Shown one piece after another: positions 40,666-47,410 of a DNA stretch of 47,410 nt (position 1 is the first letter of the stretch; each line of letters begins with the position of its first letter). Under the pieces are notes generated by a model that worked only from the letters and a program-made list of their open reading frames with translations, did no database searches and was not told the origin of the DNA. This DNA is from Chamaesiphon sp. OTE_8_metabat_110 (lineage in GTDB: Bacteria > Cyanobacteriota > Cyanobacteriia > Cyanobacteriales > Chamaesiphonaceae), in contig NZ_JANMZA010000140.1 of the NCBI RefSeq assembly GCF_031382685.1, positions 1 through 47,410 on the forward strand, in the 5' to 3' direction. Position numbers and translations under genes: made by a program.

Positions 40666-41127
40666 TTATTTGTCCGATCGACCAACTTCAAGCACAGGAT
40701 CTGGCTCAATGACGAATCGCTCATGATAGATAATTGCTAGCCAAAAGTCTTCTCCTACGACCTTATCGCAGACAGCTAAAAAACCAATCTCAGACCAATC
40801 GCTTCCGAAAGTCGTGTCTGTCAAAAATATCGTTACCGAATTACCATCCACACTCCAAATAGTCCGACCGATCTCAATATTGGGGTGATATTTGCGAGGA
40901 ATCGGTAGTAAAACTGGACAGTTATCGACGATCAAAAACTCTGGAACATCCTCGATTTGACGAGTAAATGGATCGTACTCTGGACGATTGACAAAGACTA
41001 CTCGATCGGAATCATCAGCAACGAGGCAACTCCAATCTTCAGGCCCTTCATGCTTCTCGATAATTCGATCCCATCGGACTTTCGCAATCTTTTGACGTGT
41101 CGCTTCGGATAAATCTGCTAATTTCAT
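40666..41127 (-). CDS. conserved hypothetical protein
   Basis: 153-aa ORF, RWDRIIEKHEGPEDW...GFLAVC...AIIYHE. Confidence 0.7.
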   Translation of the reverse strand: MKLADLSEATRQKIAKVRWDRIIEKHEGPEDWSCLVADDSDRVVFVNRPEYDPFTRQIEDVPEFLIVDNCPVLLPIPRKYHPNIEIGRTIWSVDGNSVTIFLTDTTFGSDWSEIGFLAVCDKVVGEDFWLAIIYHERFVIEPDPVLEVGRSDK

Positions 41128-41445
41128 ACGCTGGAGATTGTAATGAACCCGATTTACTAATACATAAATACTCTATATGGACACATCAGAAAATGCAAGT
41201 GCCATTTCAATTGCATACCTTTCCGTAGACGATTCCGCAAGCAGACGCATTGGATCGAGTTGTCGATCCAATGCGTCGATGTTCGTCGAGCCAGTCTCCT
41301 CTTGGCAAAATCTAACAGAAAAATGCTATATTCAATTTTAGGTAAGTCACAGACTTACCTTCCGCCCAACAAATAGGAATCTCGATGACTGACTGATAGC
41401 AGACCCACTCCTAATGACACACAGATAACCCTGTCCGCAGGAATC

Positions 41446-41934
41446 TTGTGTTCGTTTATCAGGAGAGAGATGATGTCAATTATCGGATTAAGATTTCGGA
41501 GCATGGCGGCTCGACTCAAGATTTTAACTCTCAACCATCCAGACCTAGAAGTTGAGAAGGTGCAGCTAGTGATTAGCGATCGACTCACACACATTGTCGA
41601 TAAAGCTCGGTCGATCGGCATAGATTTAGACGATCCCTATGAGGTATGGGAATTACTCAGCATTGATGCCGTTATCTCCCTCGAAGATATTCAAGGACAA
41701 CACCATCGGGTCGCAATCTCGATCGTCGAGAATGAAGCTCGTGCTTACCGATTGATGAAGCAACGGCAAACTTATTCATGGAAGGATGTGCGCGTTGCTC
41801 TAGGAATGCACTGCCACTGGGTATTTTGTGTCAACGCAAAGCATCTGCCTGATGACGGGGAATGGATCGATATTCTCTACCATCAGATCGACATACCTCG
41901 CGGTTGGTCAGATTGTCGATTAATTAACCTCTAG
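41446..41934 (+). CDS. hypothetical protein
   Basis: 162-aa ORF; likely start at ATG near 41470-41503; weak PD-(D/E)xK-like SIDAVISL strand. Confidence 0.55.
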   Translation: MCSFIRREMMSIIGLRFRSMAARLKILTLNHPDLEVEKVQLVISDRLTHIVDKARSIGIDLDDPYEVWELLSIDAVISLEDIQGQHHRVAISIVENEARAYRLMKQRQTYSWKDVRVALGMHCHWVFCVNAKHLPDDGEWIDILYHQIDIPRGWSDCRLINL

Positions 41935-42013
41935 ATTTCATAACAAGCTTAGGGGTTTGTCAACAACTGATGTTTTACAAACCCTTAACCAGTATTCTTC
42001 CGCAACTAAGCAG

Positions 42014-42199
42014 CTATTCAACCTCTGGACTATCTGAAATCTCGCCCAAATCTAGATTGACATCTGCTTGCAAAATCGATTCCTGAGCAGCTTGAGCCAA
42101 CTCCGCGATCGAACATTGATACAACTCACATAAAACCGCCAACTTATCGAGCGTTAACTTCGGCATTATCCTAGCACTTTTCCAAATTGCCCACTTCAC
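42014..42199 (-). CDS. partial XRE-type HTH protein
   Basis: PKLTLDKLAVLCELYQCSIAEL is the C-terminal half of an XRE domain; GTG start overlaps RHH stop. Confidence 0.5.
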   Translation of the reverse strand: MKWAIWKSARIMPKLTLDKLAVLCELYQCSIAELAQAAQESILQADVNLDLGEISDSPEVE

Positions 42200-42348
42200 T
42201 TTGACTCTTTCTCCTCTATTGCCTTAGCCACAAGCCGCACCACCAAATTACTAACCGATCGATCCTCCTCCTCAGCCCACTTCACCAGGGCGGCATATAC
42301 CTCTTTAGGAAAATAAACAGATGTCTGTACTCGATCGGGTTGACTCAT
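42196..42348 (-). CDS. ribbon-helix-helix (CopG/Arc-like) regulator, 50 aa, not in ORF track
   Basis: manual translation MSQPDRVQTSVYFPKEVYAALVKWAEEEDRSVSNLVVRLVAKAIEEKESK. Confidence 0.8.
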   Translation of the reverse strand: MSQPDRVQTSVYFPKEVYAALVKWAEEEDRSVSNLVVRLVAKAIEEKESK

Positions 42349-42516
42349 CAGCTTCAATCAAAATTTTCAGCAAATTCATCGTACCCTCGCAACCTTGCTA
42401 GACAGTCAAATAATGTATAGTAGATTTTTATAATGTTTTGTACATTGTAAAAATCATTAAATTATTTGCCAGGTAAAACTCAGAAGCTTGTCTAGCAACA
42501 ATTACAGGTACAGAAA

Positions 42517-42834
42517 ATGATAAACACACCGCGTAAATTGGCGCAGCGTGAACTCGATTTGATTCAGAAGCTAGCTAATTGTCAGTTCGCCATGACTCCC
42601 CGTGAATTTGAAGCTAAGTGGGATGTAACGCGAGTGCAGATGGCAGCTTTATGTAGTTGTTCTCCAGGTAGTGTCAAACGCTGGTTTAAGAGTGGCAGAG
42701 GTTATATAGCCCCCAGTCGTTATCACTTACGATACTTGGCACTAGCAGACCTGGTATTTGAGTACTTTGATGAGATCCCACCAGAGCTATCACGATCGAT
42801 TCTCCAAAGCAGACACTCCGTAGAGGGATTTTAG
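42517..42834 (+). CDS. cyanobacterial HTH protein
   Basis: MTPREFEAKWDVTRVQMAALCSCSPGSVKRWF; divergent from RHH gene. Confidence 0.7.
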   Translation: MINTPRKLAQRELDLIQKLANCQFAMTPREFEAKWDVTRVQMAALCSCSPGSVKRWFKSGRGYIAPSRYHLRYLALADLVFEYFDEIPPELSRSILQSRHSVEGF

Positions 42835-43059
42835 GCATCCCGCTAGTACCTATTTATTGTTCAATTTGCAGTCGAAGTTTGGTAGATAACATTTCGAGAT
42901 TGTCTTAGATCGCCGTAAAGATAATACCTATGTCGATCTGAGATCGACATAGCCAAGCGAACATAAAATAAATTCTACTTCCATTTTCATCTGTAAATAG
43001 ATCGATCGATATTTTTATTAAAATTACTAAGAGCATATTAATACCTGAATTACATACGG

Positions 43060-43653
43060 CTACGTTATGCAACGGCGCAAAGCTGCGATGTCCTGCTTTA
43101 GTTCATCAACAGCCCGATCGATCGCAACTGCCTTAGTCTCAATTGATTTTAAGAGGAACAACATTTCTATCTGCTGGACTGTCATTGAACTAGATGGAGA
43201 TGGACTAATAACTTCTGTCGTCTCGCCCAACATCCGAATCACCTGCGGTCGTATTTTGGTTAAATCTACGCCAAAAGTTTCCATCACTTTCACCGCCTGA
43301 TTTTCACTTTCACTAATTAAGCCGAGTAGTAGATGTTCTGTGCCAATATAATTATGCCCAAGCTCCTCAGATTCTGCTTGAGCGAACTCTAAAACACGTT
43401 TTGCTTCTGGGGTAAAAGGAATTTCGAGAGCCACAAACCCCGAACCGCGTCCGACAACTTTTTCAACTTCGATTCTGGCATCCTTTAAATTAACTCCCAT
43501 CGATCTTAAAACCTTAGCTGCGATGCCATTCTCTTCACCAATTAAGCCAACTAGAATTTGTTCGGTACCAACAAAGTTGTGTCCCAATCGCCGTGACTCC
43601 TCTTGACTAAGCATGATTACTTTAATGGCTTTCTCTGTATAACGTTCAAACAT
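43060..43653 (-). CDS. stand-alone ClpC N-terminal (double Clp_N) domain protein
   Basis: [34 protein letters not shown]...IPFTP...[15 protein letters not shown]; no AAA domain. Confidence 0.88.
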   Translation of the reverse strand: MFERYTEKAIKVIMLSQEESRRLGHNFVGTEQILVGLIGEENGIAAKVLRSMGVNLKDARIEVEKVVGRGSGFVALEIPFTPEAKRVLEFAQAESEELGHNYIGTEHLLLGLISESENQAVKVMETFGVDLTKIRPQVIRMLGETTEVISPSPSSSMTVQQIEMLFLLKSIETKAVAIDRAVDELKQDIAALRRCIT

Positions 43654-43693
43654 AACTTGCTTCGTTCTCTGATTAATACAATAATAAACATAC

Positions 43694-45289
43694 TTAAGTT
43701 TCTATATCAAAAGAATTAGGATGAATGCCATGATTTATCCAAGTAATTGCTTTCTCTGCACTCGCCATCTCTGGCGGTACTCGGAGAATATGAATATGTG
43801 ACGTAGATGGGCAAGTCATTTTTAATAATACCATCGGCTCTGTATTGACAATTACACTTCCTCTATTATAAATTTTTTCGATACCATCAATTTTCACCAA
43901 GGTATATTCTCGCCAAACATCGAGTACGATAGCATTTAATTCATCACAAATTCTCTCATAGCCAATTTGTGTGACTAATACACGTCTAATCTCTGCGTTA
44001 TCTTCATCTAATAACCATTTAGGCTCCCAATCACTGATCTTAGTCCAGTATCGACGAGAAAGATTAACACCTAAAAATTTAACTTTATTCAAACCTGGTG
44101 CTCTTTGCAGAATTGATAAATCTGTCAAAGGGTTATTATCTAGATTCAACTCAATCAAATTAGTAAGGTCGATGATACTTTCCGGTAATGTTTCTATCTG
44201 ATTATTTTCTAAATGTAATTCAGTTAAATTATTAAGATTGCCGATACTTTTTGGTAGTTCAGTTAAACTATTGTGTCTTAAATTCAGTTTAGATAGATTA
44301 CTAAGATCGCCGATACTTTCTGGCAGACTAATTAGGTTATTACGATCCAGATCTAAAGCGGTCAAATTATTAAGATTACCAAGACTCACTGGTAAACTAG
44401 TTAACTGATTTTCACGCAGACATATTTGACCTAGTTTTGGAAAATTGCATATACTTTCTGGCAAACTACTTAGTTTGTTGTTTTGTAAGTCTAAATACGT
44501 CAAATTGCTAAGATTGACCATACTATTTGGCAGAATACTTATCTGATTATCTCTTAATATTAAACAATCTAATTTCTTAAAATCACTAACGAATTCTGGA
44601 ATGACAATTAGCTGATTCCATCCTAAATTCAGATAAGTTAAGTTAGTAAGACTACTAATTTTTTCTGTCAAGTTAGTTAATTCGTTTGCACATAAATATA
44701 GATGTGTCAAACCGACTAATCTACTAATAACTTTTGGGATGGTACTTAGCTGATTTTTAGATAAATTTAAGTTAATTAAGTTAGGAATATTCTCTATACT
44801 TTTTGGCAGATCGCCTAACTGATTACAACTCAAATCTAAATGAGTTAAATTAACGAGATTACCAATACTTTCTGGTAAAGTAGTTATCTTGTTACTTTTC
44901 GGAGTTAAGTGAGTTAAATTAATGAGCTTACCAATGCTTTCTGGTAGAGTAGTTAGCTTACCCTGCCTTGGACATAGGTAAGTTAAATTAATGAGATTTC
45001 CAATACTTTCCGGTAAACTAAGTAGACTGCGATTATCGTAGAGATCTAAATAAGTCAGACTAGTCAGATCGCCAATATTTTCTAAGTTAGTTAGCCTTGA
45101 GGCGCACATGGATAGTTTGGTCAACTTGGTTAGATTACCAATGTCTTTTGGTAATTCTTTAATCCGATCGGCATGATGTAAAATCAAGCTCTTTACATGA
45201 GCAATATCATCCAAGTTTTCTGGTAGATCGTGTACCCAAAGACTATCACCTTGCCGAAATGGTTTGCTCGAATCATTAAGGTCGTCCAT
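43694..45289 (-). CDS. leucine-rich repeat protein with conserved C-terminal domain (DUF6745-like)
   Basis: many 23-aa [16 protein letters not shown] repeats; [14 protein letters not shown]...[19 protein letters not shown]. Confidence 0.88.
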   Translation of the reverse strand: MDDLNDSSKPFRQGDSLWVHDLPENLDDIAHVKSLILHHADRIKELPKDIGNLTKLTKLSMCASRLTNLENIGDLTSLTYLDLYDNRSLLSLPESIGNLINLTYLCPRQGKLTTLPESIGKLINLTHLTPKSNKITTLPESIGNLVNLTHLDLSCNQLGDLPKSIENIPNLINLNLSKNQLSTIPKVISRLVGLTHLYLCANELTNLTEKISSLTNLTYLNLGWNQLIVIPEFVSDFKKLDCLILRDNQISILPNSMVNLSNLTYLDLQNNKLSSLPESICNFPKLGQICLRENQLTSLPVSLGNLNNLTALDLDRNNLISLPESIGDLSNLSKLNLRHNSLTELPKSIGNLNNLTELHLENNQIETLPESIIDLTNLIELNLDNNPLTDLSILQRAPGLNKVKFLGVNLSRRYWTKISDWEPKWLLDEDNAEIRRVLVTQIGYERICDELNAIVLDVWREYTLVKIDGIEKIYNRGSVIVNTEPMVLLKMTCPSTSHIHILRVPPEMASAEKAITWINHGIHPNSFDIET

Positions 45290-45418
45290 ATTTGATTATG
45301 TTAAAATTTTAAATAATTGATAAGATTAATGCACGTCAGATTTGATTTCTATGAATCCATAATTATCTTATTAGAGCAAATTATCGATTCCGCAAGCGGA
45401 CGTTACACGATCGATTAG

Positions 45419-46021
45419 TTAACCAGATTCATCCACCATCCACTTCAGAATACCTAAAATCCGCTCGACTGGAATGACATAATATTGGTGAGGATCGATG
45501 GTAACATTTTTACCTTCGAGCTTGAAAAACTGCCACCACCTACCGCTGGTTACACTGCCATAGATAACGGAGATTTCGTTACCTTTGCTGGTATTGAACT
45601 TCTGAGCAGCAATCATCTCGGCGACACACTGCCCCCAGCCTAGATCTAACCCTTTCTTGTCCGCTTCTACCAGCATTACAATCGGAGCTTTGATAATAGA
45701 TTGAATTGTCGATTTACTCAGCAAAAAATCGACAACTCCATCTAGACTCTGCTCTGAATCTACATTAAACTCTTGACCAGAAAATAGCTGAACTTGCTCT
45801 TGAGTTAATTGCACTACCTCAGCTAAAATCGGACTAACCAAAAGTTCGGATCTAGCTTTAGCGGATTGGGCTGTTTCCGCCAACCGAAACCACTGTTGAA
45901 AGATTGTTAAGAACGCTGGTTGTGGATCTGCCGTTGGTAAGAATTCGCAGAAGGGAGCCTCCAGAAGATTTAATTCAAATTGGTCGTTGACAGTTTCGAG
46001 GGTGAAGTTGTTATAAGTCAT
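45419..46021 (-). CDS. cyanobacterial PD-(D/E)xK-fold hypothetical protein (HsdR-N-like)
   Basis: RSELLVSPIL, LDGVVDFLL, LVEADKK, GQCVAEMIAAQKFN, YGSVTSGRWWQF. Confidence 0.7.
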   Translation of the reverse strand: MTYNNFTLETVNDQFELNLLEAPFCEFLPTADPQPAFLTIFQQWFRLAETAQSAKARSELLVSPILAEVVQLTQEQVQLFSGQEFNVDSEQSLDGVVDFLLSKSTIQSIIKAPIVMLVEADKKGLDLGWGQCVAEMIAAQKFNTSKGNEISVIYGSVTSGRWWQFFKLEGKNVTIDPHQYYVIPVERILGILKWMVDESG

Positions 46022-46039
46022 CGATTTCTACTTTCCAAT

Positions 46040-46738
46040 TCAAATACTAAATTGATGATTCGATCGACTCATCGGCTGTTTGCAGTCGGGACTGTCGTTT
46101 TTAGGATTATTTACAAGACTGCTGACAGGATAGAGTTTCATCTCACTGGCTGGATAGGGATCGAGTAATACTTGCAACCGATCGATCTTCTCAAAGCTAG
46201 GATCGAGCCACTGTGTGTACTCTTTCTCCGCAAGAATTACAGGCATTCGTTCGTGAATTGGTGCCATCAGCTCGTTAGCAGTAGTTGTAATAATGGTACA
46301 AGTTTCCAAAACATCTCCACCAGGACTTCCCCATTGCTCGTACAAGCCCGCAAATGCAAATAGTCCTTCATCCTGCAAACCAATAAAATACGGCTGTTTC
46401 TGGCGGCTTCCTTCCACCTGTTGCCACTCATAAAAGCCATTGACTGGAATCAAACACCGCCGTTTCCGAAAGGCGGAGCGAAACGAGGGTTTTTCACTTA
46501 CAGTCTCGGCTCTGGCATTAATTAGCTTGTAGCCGATCTTCGGATCTTTTGCCCAAGACGGAATTAGTCCCCACTGCAAGCTCTTCACTTGGGGATCGTC
46601 AGGATCTGGTAATCTCACAATTGCTACCACCGCTTGGGAAGGTGCGACATTGTATCGCGGGGATATTTCGCTGCTTTCAGCCTTAAAAACTGCTGCAATA
46701 TCCGCTGCTGAACTCACTTGACAAAATCTGCCGCACAT
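46040..46738 (-). CDS. SOS response-associated peptidase (SRAP/YedK, abasic-site protection)
   Basis: MCGRF, RYNVAPSQ, WGLIPSW, INARAET, RCLIPVNGFYEW, IHERMPVIL. Confidence 0.92.
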   Translation of the reverse strand: MCGRFCQVSSAADIAAVFKAESSEISPRYNVAPSQAVVAIVRLPDPDDPQVKSLQWGLIPSWAKDPKIGYKLINARAETVSEKPSFRSAFRKRRCLIPVNGFYEWQQVEGSRQKQPYFIGLQDEGLFAFAGLYEQWGSPGGDVLETCTIITTTANELMAPIHERMPVILAEKEYTQWLDPSFEKIDRLQVLLDPYPASEMKLYPVSSLVNNPKNDSPDCKQPMSRSNHQFSI

Positions 46739-46973
46739 AATCCTTTCCTAATTGCTACTATCTAGGATCTTAAAATTACTAGTACACAAATACTTTAACA
46801 GTAATGAATACTAGCTGCAAGTGCATTAGTAACGTTTCGCTCGTCCACACAGCGCGATTGAGATTCCAGAGTAAAAACACGTTCGGCGATTCTTAGCGGA
46901 GTTGTCGGATGTCCGCTCGGTTGCTATGAGTATGCTTTAAGAAGTCCTCTATTGATGCTGCGCCAAATCCCCA

Positions 46974-47204
46974 CTAGCCGTAAATTCCGTACTCAGCGCG
47001 ATAGAGAAGTTCTTCGACTTGTTTGGCACCTTTGTCGGAAGACAGAGCCGCCAGCGGGGTAATACCTGCCAAACTGTGCTTGGGAGTTTGCAACCATTTC
47101 ATCGCCCCTTGGCGATCTTCAAATAGACCGATCGCTTGTTGCGTGATGCGATTAAATCTGTTCGATCGTTGGCATAGCCTCTCCTCTGGAGAATCGACTA
47201 TCAA
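46974..47204 (-). pseudogene. Xre/MbcA/ParS antitoxin C-terminal fragment (DUF2384-like)
   Basis: AIGLFEDRQGAMKWLQTPKHSLAGITPLAALSSDKGAKQVEELLYRAEYGIY; 5' part disrupted by repeats. Confidence 0.7.
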
Positions 47205-47410
47205 GGAGGAGGATTGAGCGGATGGAATCGCGCTGAGGTTCCCTCAGCGTGCGTTCCACCCAGCAGCGACCCAAATCACGCGGAGAGTAGAGGATCATGT
47301 GTTGCCCCAGCGGCTCGCGCACGCCTTTGTTCCCCGACGGTTTGCGGATGCGCGCTCTGGAGGTTCCCTCCAGGTATAGCGCACCAAGCAGCGAGGCAAG
47401 ACAAGCAGAC

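Noticed and set aside
43060-43653. Full clpC gene
   Set aside because: No Walker motifs are present and no downstream AAA remnant was seen.
43694-45289. 69-bp periodic DNA repeats as a non-coding array
   Set aside because: They are explained by 23-aa leucine-rich repeats of an intact gene.
20787-47410. Calling the element a complete CAST
   Set aside because: No cas gene, array, tracrRNA or opposite end is visible in the window.
1-47410. Abundant CGATCG/GCGATCGC as a local signal
   Set aside because: This is the known genome-wide HIP1 feature; only its local depletion was used as evidence.
47221-47410. tRNA as attachment site at the window end
   Set aside because: No cloverleaf, T-loop GTTCRA or CCA pattern was found by eye.

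Overview
Cyanobacterial DNA, judged from very frequent HIP1-type CGATCG/GCGATCGC sites, heptamer STRR tracts and REP-like palindromes. The gene content resembles Chamaesiphon, which is an inference. Bases 1-20756 are mostly housekeeping genes: cofH, a 2OG-Fe(II) oxygenase, agmatinase, purL, rnz, vapBC, ycf46, rbp, a group-2 sigma factor, DUF445, an SF2 helicase and a divergent petD/petB-like pair. purL carries a 474-aa intein and an in-frame nested palindromic repeat. At 20787 a Tn7-like transposon end begins (TGTGACTT plus four CATAACTTTGCCG-type boxes). It is followed by a fused TnsAB, TnsC, a short 313-aa TniQ and a second TniQ of the type V-K (Cas12k CAST) kind, which is broken by a 160-bp MITE. 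Downstream lies a probable cargo/defence island: a DUF499 ATPase, a small DUF3780-like protein, a DUF1156 methyltransferase and a PLD-SNF2 helicase. Inserted inside that operon is an AT-rich three-gene cassette (TIGR04255-like, HEAT-like, putative ART-like). Further accessory genes follow: HTH/RHH regulators, a stand-alone ClpC N-domain, an LRR protein, a PD-(D/E)xK-like protein, SRAP and an orphan Xre/MbcA antitoxin. No cas genes, CRISPR array, tRNA or second transposon end were seen in the window. All family assignments are by eye from motifs, with no database search.
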